64,000 nt of DNA from Azolla caroliniana (taxonomy: Eukaryota > Plantae > Polypodiophyta), in contig JBHGNT010000009.1 of the NCBI GenBank assembly GCA_043228905.1, positions 4,030,001 through 4,094,000 of the forward strand, written 5' to 3'. A model generated the notes under the pieces. That model was not told the origin of the DNA, ran no database searches, and saw only the letters and a program-made list of their open reading frames with translations. A program made the translations under genes and the position numbers. Below, piece by piece: positions 50,872 through 63,629 of this stretch. Position 1 is the stretch's first letter, and every line of letters begins with the position of its first letter.

Positions 50872-51549
50872 ATTGTAATAATAGAAAACAATATATCACA
50901 AAGTACAATTGGTGTTCAATGTCACTAATTTTATTTGGAATTGCCACGCTCTTTTATTTGGAATCATTTTTAGCAAATTATCCTTCTTGTCATAAGTGTA
51001 ACTTCTCAAATTAAATCCTAGTAGCAGAAAAACATGTGGACGTGTTTTCTTTCTCCTTCTCTTGCAATGGGGGAAGGATGTGTGCAAATAGGAAACACTA
51101 AACACGAAGACGCATTGGATTAACCCGTTGTGAACCTTGCAATTTTTTTAAGTATAAACATAAGAGACATAGGGCTTGAAACATGTTGTTCTTCATTGTG
51201 TAGAGATTCGTAAGTGAGATAGATAATTCTTATACATTTCAATACCTATAACTATAAATAGGTTGCAGAGTGCCATCTCTGACATAAAGATTGTATTTAT
51301 GTATTATCTTATTCTTTCTTTGAGTAAAATGTTATTATCTTAGTCTAGATATTACTGTTCTCAACCTTTTTTTGTAGCCATGTTGTAGGATCATAAGGTG
51401 TCTTGTGATCATGACAAACAATATGTTGACTAATCCTAGTAAATGACATCAAATCTAGGTTTATCTATCACATGCTAGAATAATATCATTGGAAGAGTCA
51501 TGGCTATTCTTTGTGTAGATCTGTAGCAGATCCTCACCATCTTCCCGCC

Positions 51550-53090
51550 CCTACGGAGATCCCATGGATCTACTTATACAACAACTTTGTCCCTTCTCTA
51601 AGATTCATTACCTACGTGGAATAAGAAAGAGAAAAAAACATTAGGAGACAAACACTTTCCGCCGCTCTTCAGAGTTATAGATCTTTGCCCGCTCCCAGAT
51701 TTGTATGGTCTATTCCTCCCAAACTGCCACTAAGCATGCAATGTAACCTATACCACCAACATCTATAGCAATAGAGTCCATAAACAAAGTTAGTAGACAT
51801 TGTTTCCCAAAATGACAGGAACAATATACATCCATATTATGTGATCTCCATCTTCCCTAAAAATGAGCATTGAATCCCATCGCATCACCTTTTTAAATGC
51901 ATTTGCTTCCTGAAAATGGCATCAACATTGCCTGTAAAACGTTCGTACTGACCACGTAATGTATGAATAAGTAACAACAAGAATTCAGCAATTATAACAT
52001 AAACATCACAAGTGACGTTGTCAAAAACTGATGTATATCACGCCTTCCAAATTCCACATCAGAATAGATTAATCTGTCTTCCAAATAATATCATCCCAAA
52101 TTGCAAACTATTGATTGGAAAAGGTTGAACCATTTGTATATGAGAAGAGGACGAACGATGTGAAAGGCTTCCACTATATCCTCCTTTTAATATAATAACA
52201 ATTGTCCCTGTAGAATGCCCCACCTAACCACACCCCAAGTGATCACACAATTAGCATGTATCAACATAATTTTAGGATAAGACCACAATACATGCTTAAT
52301 TGATTCCATCATACATCCACAACCAAATCCACACGACTTACTATTCAATTGCCTTAACCAAACCCGAACCGCTAGTGCATAATGGATCAATAACCAACTA
52401 AAAAGTACAATCTTTATGGGAATCTACATACTCCATAACCGCTTCCAATATTTAGATGCATCCACTAAAGAGGCCCCATTCACCAACCACACTTTCATAA
52501 CACATGGTAGATGCAATTTCCTACTTAAGGCAACTTTCGTCCCAACTTCACAAAATATTGAAAAAACTGAATAAATTTAGTATGAGATGAAGGATTTGTA
52601 TGAACTTACAAAGATAATCTAATGGATCCCAATGCAAGTCCAACAACAACTTTTTTTTAAAATACCCATAGTTGGCAAAATAACAGAATATCAAAAGGAG
52701 AAGGATCTAAAATCCACCTTTTACCAAATTTATCAATCACTCTCACTAGATGTTGCAATGTTGTTTGCCAAATTGACGATTCCACATCACTTTGCCATAA
52801 TCTTCCTTCCTCAGATACATCAAAATAGTAACAATCTCCTTGAGACGTTTTTCCTTTTACTCCTATCATAACACCAACCGGAGTAAAATATCCAAACCAA
52901 ACATGCACAAAAAAAGGTGACCAATTAGAGAGAAAATACCCTAAGGATAACTTAATTGCATCAAACATAGCTCTAAAACCCCTATGCCTGGTAGCATCAA
53001 GCTTAGACTTATTAAGACGACAAACATAATTCCCCCAAGAGTAATGAAATCCTTAACTTGGATATGTGCCCATTGTGAGATTAATTAATG
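51550..53090 (-). mobile_element. Decayed LINE ORF2 3' region (zf-RVT-like)
   Basis: ALAVRVWL...CGFGCGCMMESIKHVLWS in 52187-52390 and Trp-rich fragments in 52657-52968. Confidence 0.6.
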
Positions 53091-53189
53091 GTAGAAAATG
53101 GGAATATAATTAAAAAGATCATAATGGTATGTTTTCGAAAAGCTTCTAAGACGCGATGAACACAGTCGTGCAGCCTGCAACCACCATAT

Positions 53190-54230
53190 CTTCTGCTGCC
53201 TAGCTTACCACTGCAGCCGGATCATCTCCCATTAGGTATGGCTCGAATGTTGGCCACATGTCTGATGGATGTCCAGCCTCTGTTGTTGTGCCTGGCACAG
53301 TAGCTGAGAACAGATCAGTACCTGCTGAAATCAAGGCATCATATGTGTCCAATCCCTCTGAATCTTCTATTGCTTCAACCTTCATCGCCACATTCGCCAA
53401 TCAGGAGCACTTACCATGCTGTCATGAACAATTTGACTGGGGCTCCCATGCAGCTAACCCAGATATTCCACCCATTTTGGACAGTGCAATAGAGCTCAAA
53501 TTGTCAGAACAAGATCGAACATGGATTGTGCAAGAGATTCAGCGTTTGGAGAAGAAGACTATCATTGTGCATATCTTGGGTCTTCATCCTACATGTGTTG
53601 ATCTTCATTTGTTGTTTCAAGACGCTTTGAAATAGGATCTTGACAACATTATAGATGTACAAATACTTGGCAGAAATTACTACCAATTAGAGTTTTAGTC
53701 AGAACGTATGCCACTAATTTTGCTGGAGAAGAAAGCAATAGCAATCAAGGGAGGTTGGATCTCTTTTCACAAGTGGAGTCACAATTTCTCCACAAATCAG
53801 GTGCATCATGATTTTGATTCATATCACACATGTGTGGTTGTCTTTCCTAATTTACGAAAAGAATGGTTGTCGTTTATGCATGTGATTGCTAGCACTATTG
53901 GTACAGTTCTAGAAATTTATGATAGACCACGTTGGATCGAAGATCAGTATCTACGGGTTGCATCTGCTAAGCTTTTGATTTTTAAGTCTACAAGGTTGCC
54001 CTCAAACATTTTGTTGCCCAATCTACTTGACCCTCTACAAGCCCCTTATTCTCAGAAAATCTTGTATAGGGGTTTGCCGAACCAGTGTTTCCGTTGTTTT
54101 GGGTTTGGTCATTTGGCAAAATATTGCCCGAAATTTAAGGAAGACATTAACAAAAATATACACCTAGCACAACTATAGTTCCATATCAGAATAGAGTTGA
54201 GGGTTGGACCATAGTGGAGCATAAGAAGAC
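53190..54230 (+). mobile_element. LINE ORF1 remnant (DUF4283-like plus CCHC), cut by an LTR at 54231
   Basis: QKILYRGLPNQCFRCFGFGHLAKYCP in 53708-54178; in-frame stops upstream. Confidence 0.7.
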
Positions 54231-55810
54231 TGTTGAGAATCAAGCTCAACTTGGTCTAGTGTGTGAACTCACCTTGAGAGTGAATAGACACTCCAACGGT
54301 CAAGAGTCACCATTATGTCACCTCTTTGTATTCTAGCATTTAGTATGAGTCATAGAATCATATTCTATGACACATAACTTATGAGCTTTCACATTCCCCA
54401 TGCTCCATGAGTCTTGTAGTTAATGAAGAGAGAGGGTGACTATATAAAGTGTTGGGAGACAGGTCCCTCCGGATGGGAAGGGAGAAGAACAGTGCTATCG
54501 GCCTCGGCCGAAACCGTATGACGAGTACCCGGCTACGGAGAGCCAGATGGTGCAGACCCGGTGAGAACCGGATGAGGAGTACCCGACTACGGAGAGCCGG
54601 ATGGTGCAGACCCGGTGAGAACTGGATGAGGAGTACCCGGCTACGGAGAGCCGGATGGTGTAGACCCAGTGAGAACCAGATGAGGAGTACTCGGCTACGG
54701 AGAGCCGGATGGTGCAGACCCGGTGAGGAGTGCTCACCGGATGGAGAGACATATTCGTAAATATGTTTCTGAGAGTCCATCGAGGCTATATTTGTAAATA
54801 GCCGAAAAGTCATATTAGTATAAATATGACTTAGGGCAAACTTATTGAGTGTGATGTAGGAGTTGTTATTCTTGTTGTGTACAGAAGAGAGAGAGAGAGA
54901 ACGAGGTCGTTGCCTCTGTTGAAACCGCCGCCTGTGGCGAAGATCGTGAGCACGAGGTCGTTGCCTCCGTGAACTCACTGTTGTACATTCTAACATAGTG
55001 ATAGTTTGCAACCTGTGGGCTGCCGTGGTTTTTACCCTAGTTAGGGGTTTTCCACGTAAACATCCTGTGTACTCTTCTCTTCTTTGTGTCGTGCATTTAT
55101 TTCCCGTTTTCTGTGTATGATTCTAAGCTCGGTTGTGGCCGAGCGTTGTTCATCGGGAGCGTGTAGTTCCTATCAAGATCAACCTCCGGATTTGTTTTCT
55201 CCCTCGGCAGCAGAGCAATATCCTGGAGCAACAAAAAGCAACCAACCGTCGCTCTTTCGAGCACCGAGGCGGAATACAGGGGCACGACAATGGCCACATG
55301 TGAAGCCATATGGCTCAAAAGGATACTCAATGATCTGAGCGTACCCATCAAGGATCTGACTTCCCTTTACGGCGACAACATGAGCAGTATCTATCTGGCT
55401 CGGAACCTGGTGTTCCATGCGCGGACAAAGCACATCGAAGTGCATTATCACTACATCCGCGAGCGCGTTCTAGCTGGCAATGTCGACCTACAACACATTA
55501 GCACCAATCTTCAAACGGCCGACATCTTCACTAAAGCCTTAGGAGCCGACAAGCTGTGGCAATTCATGACCAATCTCAAATTGACGATCCCAGACATGCC
55601 AAGCTTGAGGGGGAGTACTAAAGACGCTACGCAATAACGTGTGGATTCCGCAACCACGCAACGAAGCCGCGAAGCCGCGAAGCGTGGATTTCGCAACCAC
55701 ACAACAAAGCCACGAAGAAAGACGCAAGCCGAAGCATGGACTTCACAACTACGCACAACGCAAGCTGGAGCACAGATTCCGCAACTCCGCATAAATGCGA
55801 GTCGACGCGG
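54231..55810 (+). mobile_element. Internally deleted Copia: LTR (54231-55175) joined directly to RNase H
   Basis: LTR start tgttgagaatcaagctcaac resembles the LTR at 29237. It ends ...cctatca, then [12 protein letters not shown]...[16 protein letters not shown] follows with no PBS, gag or RT. Confidence 0.75.
54512..54727 (+). repeat. 54-bp tandem repeat x4 inside the LTR
   Basis: Units start at 54518, 54572, 54626 and 54680. Confidence 0.92.
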
Positions 55811-56331
55811 TGTCGTGAAGATCCGTCACTACGCGCGGATCGTGAGGCGGAACCGCCGGGGTTCTGGACCGGAAGGATTTACAGTCGATACAAGCTTTGG
55901 CGAGAAAGTACTTAAGATAGATTGGGAAAGAGAGAAGATGAGATTACACGATTGATTTGATAACGAAATTCTTCTTCTTAATTTTCAAAAAAAAAACCAT
56001 GTTTTTCTCCTCCCCCTTCCCTCTTTTATAGATGCTCTCATGCATATGATGCATGTGAGGGTACAAGACATGCATAAATTGCATGTTTGCCATTTGGCGC
56101 TTAAGTATTACATGTGGTGCATGCTAACCATGTCACTCATTTTAGCACTCATGGATGAGAATTTACATGTAAAAGTACAATGATAGAAATATAATTTCAA
56201 CTAAATACCATGGCTTAATGGTAAGCCATTTGACTCCTAACTTGGAGGTGCAAGGTTCGAATCCACACTTGCCCTCCTTGTATATGTAAGTATGTATATA
56301 TATTTATATATTTATTTTATCTAGTCGCCGG
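55811..56331 (-). mobile_element. Probable LTR of another element, split by the Gypsy insertion and continuing after 63630
   Basis: Terminus tgtcgtgaaga (same 11 nt as one terminus of the Gypsy LTR) and minus-strand TATA ctataaaag near 56025-56033. Confidence 0.5.
56205..56275 (+). other. tRNA-like Pol III promoter module (A and B boxes)
   Basis: TGGCTTAATGG (56211-56221) and GGTTCGAATCC (56254-56264) fit the A/B consensus. No proper acceptor stem. Confidence 0.6.
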
Positions 56332-57124
56332 TGTCGAGATATTACGCAAATGCGTGTGGAAACGAGGCGGGACCGCGGGGGTCTCGAACCAAAGAGCAAG
56401 CGAGGGAGGAGAAAGAGAGAGAACCGGCTACGCAAGACCGGGGATACACAGGGACACGGCCCTTCAGCACGGAGAACGCGAACAAACACCGACACAGACA
56501 GATGCGAATGACTAAAAAATGTATATTAACAAAAATGGCTAACACGACTACAACCCTCGATGGGGCACAGGTTGGTTACAACCGAACAGGCCGGCGAACA
56601 GATGCCGATGCTTGTTCGCTTCGACGCCAAAGGGGTAGCAGGTCGGAGGTGCTACCGGAAGCACTCGGGCGTTCCTCGAAACAGCGCGAGCCTCCTCGGA
56701 ACCCTGCACAGAAAAGCTATGGAGCTCAAGAAGGAAGGAAACAGAGAGCGAAGCGTCCAGAAACGGTCAGACAGCACTTCATCCTCTCTGCGCGAGATCC
56801 CTGCAACAGCTCTTTCCTGCTCCTTATATATGCCGACGAGCAGGCCGTCATGTCAGCTTTATTCCCTGTCCCTTTCGAACAGGGATCCGCTCCGTTCTTC
56901 ACGCATCCGCGTAATTACGCCGCCGACTCGTACAGTTCCTTAGCTCGCGCGCGCGACCGAAAAGACTGTTCGCGCGGTCTTTGTCTCCACTTGTGTTAGG
57001 GCCCGTTCCTGCCGATTATCCTCCTAATTCGCTTCTATGTACAACTTGGAGCGTGCGCGCGTGAAGAACCGGTTCCCACGCCTTGGTGCGCCGATTCCGA
57101 TTATGGACGGTTTTCTTCACGACA
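56332..57124 (-). repeat. 3' LTR of Gypsy
   Basis: Direct repeat of 62837-63629. Confidence 0.96.
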
Positions 57125-57195
57125 TCCGCCCCCACCTAACCGCGCATCCTCCGGTATGCGCCAAGAGAGTTGGGACGGAGAAAACCGGCCCGTCT

Positions 57196-60100
57196 TCATT
57201 CCTCGCCCGTCGGTTCTTCCTCGTTTTCGGATCGTTCGTCACTGCTGACTAGGAGAGCCGGGTCTGGCTCGTCGTCGTGTCGCTTCTTGAACGCTTTGAT
57301 CCGCTTCCCCGCAACCGGTATCGCCATTCTCGTGCCGTCGAGTTCCGCCAGGTGATATGTCCCGTTGTCATTGGCGCTCCGTACCACGTAAGGCCCGAAC
57401 CACCTTCGTGCGAACTTCCGTGTAGCTCGGTGCTGGTTGTCGAGGCTGCTGTCGTAGACGAGCACCCAGTCACCTTCTTCGATTTTCTTCGGTCGGAGCC
57501 GGTGCGTTCGGTCGAACCTGGCTTTGTTCTTTGTCCTCGCCACCCGGAGCTTCTCCGCAGCCAGTTCCACGTCCTCCGGTCTCCGCTCGAGCTGTCGTAT
57601 ACGCGCGGCCAACAACTCCTCCCGGCTCATCTCGTCCCTCCAGTCGACCGTAGCCCACGAGGAGATCGTCCGTTCTATCGGCATGATCGGCTTCTGGCCG
57701 AACATGAGCTCCGTCGGCATGTACCCGGTTACCGAACTGTGCGTGGTACGGTCCGCCCACAAAGCATAAGGTAGCAGCCGCGGCCAGTTACCGACTCGGC
57801 CTCCGCATGCCCGAACCAACGCCTTGACGATCGGCCCGTGTCCGCGCTCCACCTTTCCATTCGCCTCCGGATTGTACGCAGTGGTGAGCGAGAGCTTGAC
57901 TCCCAGCCGGTTGAACAGCTCCGCGGCTTCTTCGGCGTCCAACTCCCCTCGGTCAGCCACGATCTTCCCGACGCACCCGTACCGGCATATCACGTCCTTG
58001 ATTAGGAACCAACATACGGCCGCGGTCGTTTTGTCCGGAAGGGCCCGGCCTTCCACCTGGTTCGTCAGATCCTCCCGCGCCAGGACCAGGTACCGCATCT
58101 GTCCTACTCCCATTGGCATCGTCACCAGATCTACCATCCATTTGAAGTGGATGGTCGGAGGGTACGTAGGGTGAAGCTCGTCCCGGTGTCGGACCACGGA
58201 GTGCATCTGACAGCTCTCGCAAGTTGTCACGAATCGATGCACGTCCCGGTACAGTCCCGGCCACCAGTACTTCTCCTTTATCTTCTCGAACGTGGCCCAA
58301 GTTCCACGGTGTCCGGCCCAAGGGCTGTCATGGTAGGCCGTCAGCAGCTCCTCCTGTTCTTCCTTCATCGCCACCACCCGGAGCGGAGCGCCGTCCCTCT
58401 TCTTCGGGTGCTTCCATAGATAGCCATCCCGGAGAAAGAACCGGTACGCTTTCTTCCGGATCCGGTTGGCCTCGTCTTTCGTCCATGACGCATCCGGCGC
58501 CATTGTCCTCAAGAACCCGCCGATCTGCAGCCACTCCCCGTCGTACTTGCTCGCGTCGAAGTCGTTAAGCGCCGGAGTGCTCGTCCCGTCGGTTGCTACG
58601 TATGCTGCCTCGAAGAAGTCCACGCCGACCTCTTCGTCCTCCGAAACCATGCCGCCCTCGTCATCAAACCTCGCCCTCGAAAGCATGTCGGCCATGGCGT
58701 TGTCTTTCTCGGAAATGTGTCGTATTTCCGGGTCCAGGGACTTGATGTACGCTATCCACCTGAGCATTGCCAGGTCCGGCGTCGCGCATCCGGAAACCAT
58801 GCCGAGAATCGGCATGCAATCCGTCTCTATGATTACCTCTGTCCCGATCAGATAGTCCTTGTCGGCCTTCACCGCCGAAACGATACCCCAGAGTTCGCGT
58901 TTAACCTAGGCGTATCCTCGCTGCCGCTCACTGAGGACCTTCGCGCCGAATCGGATCGGAAACCGATTGCCGTCCTCGTCTTCTTGGTTGACGACCCACC
59001 CGATTCCGGTCGGACTCGTGTCAACCGTTATGTATACTGGGGTGCCCTTCCTGTAGACGGCCTTTCGGAGCGCCGAAAGAGCCTCCTTCAGCTTCCGGAC
59101 CGACTCCGTGTGCTTGTCTAGCCATTCGAATCTTCGCCCTTTCTTCAATAATCCGTACAGCGGCTCCGCGACGTGCGCGTAATGCGGGATCCATATGTGG
59201 TAGAAGGCGCATGCTCCCAAGAATCTTCGTACTTCCGTGACCGAGCTGCAATCAGGCTTCATCGCGGAGATGGCTTCTACCTTTGCCGGAGACGGTTTCC
59301 GGCCATATGGTCCACATAAATGTCCGACCACCATGATTTCTGACTGCCCGAAGGCTGACTTCTCCCCCGAGAAGGTGAGCCTCGCATCCTCTAGCCTTTG
59401 CAGCACCTTCTCGCAGTCGTCGATGTGCGTCATCACGAATCGCCGGCATCCGTCCGGCCCGATCGTCTCGTCCTTCTCTTCTACCGGGCATCCCTTGATC
59501 GGGATGTCGTCTAGAAACGGCATGGTGATGTCCGGGATGCAGTCCCTCAGCACCTTGTTCATTGCATTCACCATGTGGGCCACCGAGTTGGTCCCTCCTT
59601 GCGGCAGCGTACACATCCGCACTAGGCCGAGGGGAGTTCGCATCGTCGTAATGTCTCTGCTTTCCACGGCTAGCTGGAACTGGTCGTACCCTGAGTATAG
59701 ATCACCGACCGAGTAAATCGACCTTCCGGCGAAGGCCTCCGCGAACTCGTCTATGGTCGGTCCGATCCCTGCGTTCCGAATGGTCACTCTGTTGACCGGC
59801 TGCAGGTCCTGAATGAAGCGCAACGATCCGTTTTTCTTTGGTACGGTAAACCATCGGTTTGAATATGGGGCGCTCGACGGCTCGAGAATGCCCATATCAA
59901 CTTTCTGCTTCAACAACTCCATCAACTTCGGGATGTGAGCTCTCGGAACCGGAATTGGCTTGAGATTCCACGGTACATGCGGTACCGTGAATATCACCAT
60001 TGGCTCTACGATCGTCGGGTCTACGCACCTGATTTCCTCCGGTGAGAATGCGAAGGCTTTCCTGTGCCTTCCGAGCATTCTCCGAAACCGGTCTTCCTCC

Positions 60101-60675
60101 ACCGGCAGCAGGAACCCGCCCCCACCGATCTTCAGCTCGCGGAGCGTCTCGTTGGTGAAGGTGTGTCCTATGCAGGCCGGATCTCGTAAGCTGGGGTCCG
60201 ATGCAACCCCTTTGATTCGGGATTCGCTGCCCTCCGGTAAGGGCGCCGCAATTGGCCTCACCTTCCGGTCCACAGTCTTGTACTTGGTGCTAACTCGGGC
60301 CGTCCGTTCCGACTCAAGCCCTCGACCGAAGTCCGCGATGACTTCGTACATTTCTTCGGAACATACCGGTATCGTCCGGTCTTCGTTAAGGTCTTCTTCG
60401 ACTACCTTCCCCAGCATTCCCAAGGTGTCGTCGAAGGAGACCGCCTCCACGGCTCCGTCGATTTCTTCGTCAGGGCCGAGAACTCCGCACGCCCGAAGTC
60501 TCCCCTCCGTCTTTGTTTTCTCTCGGCCGGCGATGCCGACCATCGTACATGCTCCGCTGTCGGAGAAGCAAAATTTCCTACCTATTGTACACGGTTTTAT
60601 CGTACAGATGTGGGGTTTTCCCGGAGCATCCGGACTGTCGCGGCCCCACGCCTTGGCAGTCCTCTCTAAAAATCC
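57196..60675 (-). CDS. Gypsy pol (RT-RNase H-integrase), one in-frame TAG at 58906-58908
   Basis: LPQGGTNS, FLDD, RNase H DTSPTGIG and TDC, integrase HHCC, DRGE, NGKVER and GPY. No chromodomain. The frame is open back to the slippery site. Confidence 0.92.
60610..60675 (-). promoter_or_regulatory. Candidate -1 programmed ribosomal frameshift signal
   Basis: G GAU UUU heptamer, 6-nt spacer, stem GGACUG/CAGUCC with loop GUGGGG complementary to downstream CCCCAC. Confidence 0.75.
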
Positions 60676-62792
60676 TCTCGGTTTTCGGAACCGAGGGAGT
60701 CGCGGTTACGTTCGTGGTTCGGCCGTACCGTCAGAAACTGGACCGAATGGCGCCCGTCTTGGCTTTTGACCCTCGCGTAGGCCGAACCATTGTCCAGCAC
60801 CTTGGTCTCCATTCGTGCCGCCGTGATGTACGGCTCTCCCAGTATGACCGGATGCGAAGACGTCTCCTGCACGAAGAAGTGCTGGTCAATCTCGACGTCG
60901 CCGATCTTGACTCGCACATTCGGACAGGCCCCGTGCAGTTCCTCGGTGGCGCGCGTTGCTGCCCTTATTTTCCACCCGTGCTTGGTGTTGATCGGCCATC
61001 TGCCCTTCTTATAGAAGTCCATGGACATCAAATTGATCTCCGATCCGTGGTCCACCAAAGCTATCACCGGTTCCTGGACATCGCCGATCTTCACCGGGGT
61101 TTCCGTGGTCGCTCGGGCCCAGTGTGGTCTCGAATAGTGGCTTTCCGCCCACTCGTCTCCCAGCGCCATGTCGTCTAGGTGCGTCGTCCGCACTTCCACC
61201 GGTCTTTCCGGTTCTGTCTCCGTTGACAGCCTCTTCCGTTTTACCAAGTCCACGATGGAGTCGTGGAACTCCTTCTTGGCGATTCCCAGCACCTCTCGTA
61301 ACGACAGCTCCACCTTGCTGTCGAGGATCCGTTCCTCCAGGACCTTTCGTAAGTCCGTGGTCCTTTCTATCTCCGTCCCCAGACGGTACCCGCCCTTCTG
61401 GGGTTTATCTTGCGTACCGGCCCTGCCGGTTTCGTCCCGTCGTGGCCCGGACCGGGTCTCGTATCGTTGTGAGGGCCCGGTCGTCCCGGGTTTCCCCACC
61501 CGCTTCTCTTCTACCAGAGCCTCGTAGTTCTTGCAAGCGGCTTCCACGAAGCCCGTCTTTTCCTCGACCGGGTCGCTCCACCCGGTCATCTCCTGTACCC
61601 GTTTCTCCGCACGGTCCGATTCCTCCCTTTTAAGCCTTGTACCGGCAAGGCCTTCCAGCATCGTCGGCCAGAATCCGGCTTTGCTTTCCCTTCGGGCCTC
61701 GCCGCCCCCGACTCGAATGCCGGCCGACGCCGAGTAGTGGACGGTTTCCGCGTGTCGGGCCGCCGCCTCTTCCATCAACCTTTTCATACCACCTCGCCCG
61801 TCGTTTCGGCTCAGGGCCCTTCGGGTGTCGCTGGCATGCACCCGTCCTTCCCACAGGTACACCACCCCGTTCCTCAGCGCCTCCGCGAAGTCGCCGCAGT
61901 CCTTCCGAATGTGGCCGACTTCATCGCACCACATGCACCTGTTTCCTGCCGCCGGCCGTCGGTCACGAGCCGGTTCGCCACCTCCCCTTCAGGCTTGCGC
62001 GATTTGGAGGTCCTTTATCGCCCTCGTCAATTCCTCCAGCGCCGCTCCTCCGGTTGAGCCTCTGACTACGCCGGTCGAAGCCGAACCGGTTTCCAACCAC
62101 TCTCGGGTCTCTTCCTTTCGCACCTGTGGCGCCGGTTCGAGCTTCCTTGCTGCGACCGAGCCCGACCCGGTTGCCCCGTTATCCGCCCATTCTCGCCGTT
62201 TGTCGAAACGGCCACAGACTTTCTTGACAGCCGCCCAGTCGGTAGTGAGCCCGTCTTCGGTTTCCAGCAAGAGGCCCACTTGCTCCCGATCCCGCTCGTC
62301 GACCGACTTGACAAACAGCAAGACCCGGCTCGTGTCCAGGATGGTTCGGTCGAGCGCCGAAAGGCGCGCAAAGTTTTCCTCGAACTCCCGGAGGAGTGCC
62401 GACGCGTTTCTTCCCTTCCCCGGGGACTCCACCCATTCCATGAACCTTCGCTTCGAAAGCCGGAGCGTGTCGTCCAGCCCGTATTTCTCTAGGAGCCGAC
62501 CTTCGAACTCCTCCCAGGTACGGCTCTCCGCCCGCACCTCGAGCACCTCCGCATGGATGCTCGGCATCGCCACTCGGGGAAATCCGGCAAGACGCCCTTC
62601 TTCCGGAATGTCCCGCATCAGCATCTCTGCACCGTAGGACGCCAAATACTTCGTGGCATCCTTCCCATCGAACCGGCCGATCGTGCCGACGACCGCCTCA
62701 ATAGCTCTGTCGAGGGCACCGGTGCCCTCCCGCGCGTTTACAATCCGATCCACGGCCGAAGCCATGGCCTCTGCAAGATCCGACCCCCTCAT
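60666..62792 (-). CDS. Gypsy gag-protease, one in-frame TGA at 61989-61991
   Basis: ORFs 61989-62819 and 60666-61934 share a frame. Knuckle CMWCDEVGHIRKDC; protease ALVDHGSEINLM. Confidence 0.9.
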
Positions 62793-62814
62793 CTTCTGCC
62801 CTTCTGCCGCCTCC

Positions 62815-62832
62815 TTCACGTTGGGTTCACCA
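62815..62832 (-). promoter_or_regulatory. Primer binding site complementary to the tRNA-Trp 3' end
   Basis: Plus strand ttcacgttgggttcacca versus the recalled plant tRNA-Trp end TTCACGTCGGGTTCACCA (one mismatch), 4 nt from the LTR. Confidence 0.75.
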
Positions 62833-62836
62833 AAGA

Positions 62837-63629
62837 TGTCGAGATATTACGCAAATGCGTGTGGAAACGAGGCGGGACCGCGGGGGTCTCGAACCAAAGA
62901 GCAAGCGAGGGAGGAGAAAGAGAGAGAACCGGCTACGCAAGACCGGGGATACACAGGGACACGGCCCTTCAGCACGGAGAACGCGAACAGACACCGACAC
63001 AGACAGATGTGAATGACTAAAAAATGTATATTAACAAAAATGGCTAACACGACTACAACCCTCGATGGGGCACAGGTTGGTTACAACCGAACAGGCCGGC
63101 GAACAGATGCCGATGCTTGTTCGCTTCGACGCCAAAGGGGTAGCAGGTCGGAGGTGCTGCCGGAAGCACTCGGGCGTTCCTCGAAACAGCGCGAGCCTCC
63201 TCGGAACCCTGCACAGAAAAGCTATGGAGCTCAAGAAGGAAGGAAACAGAGAGCGAAGCGTCCAGAAACGGTCAGACAGCACTTCGTCCTCTCTGCGCGA
63301 GATCCCTGCAACAGCTCTTTCCTGCTCCTTATATATGCCGACGAGCAGGCCGTCATGTCAGCTTTATTCCCTGTCCCTTTCGAACAGGGATCCGCTCCGT
63401 TCTTCACGCATCCGCGTAATTACGCCGCCGACTCGTACAGTTCCTTAGCTCGCGCGCGCGACCGAAAAGACTGTTCGCGCGGTCTTTGTCTCCACTTGTG
63501 TTAGGGCCCGTTCCTGCCGATTATCCTCCTAATTCGCTTCTATGTACAACTTGGAGCGTGCGCGCGTGAAGAACCGGTTCCCACGCCTTGGTGCGCCGAT
63601 TCCGATTATGGACGGTTTTCTTCACGACA
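62837..63629 (-). repeat. 5' LTR of Gypsy
   Basis: Direct repeat of 56332-57124. Confidence 0.96.

Larger units (their letters stand above)
56332..63629 (-). mobile_element. Young full-length Ty3/Gypsy LTR retrotransposon (non-chromovirus)
   Basis: 793-bp LTRs with about 4 differences, TSD CCGG, tRNA-Trp-like PBS, PPT aggtgggggcgga, domain order gag-PR / RT-RH-IN. Confidence 0.97.

Noticed and set aside
54512-54727. CRISPR-like array or 18-aa repeat protein
   Set aside because: Units abut with no unique spacers and lie inside an LTR in eukaryotic DNA
56331-56999. 222-aa antisense ORF within the Gypsy LTR
   Set aside because: No motifs, broken by a stop in the sister LTR, and its listed start codon uses a flanking base
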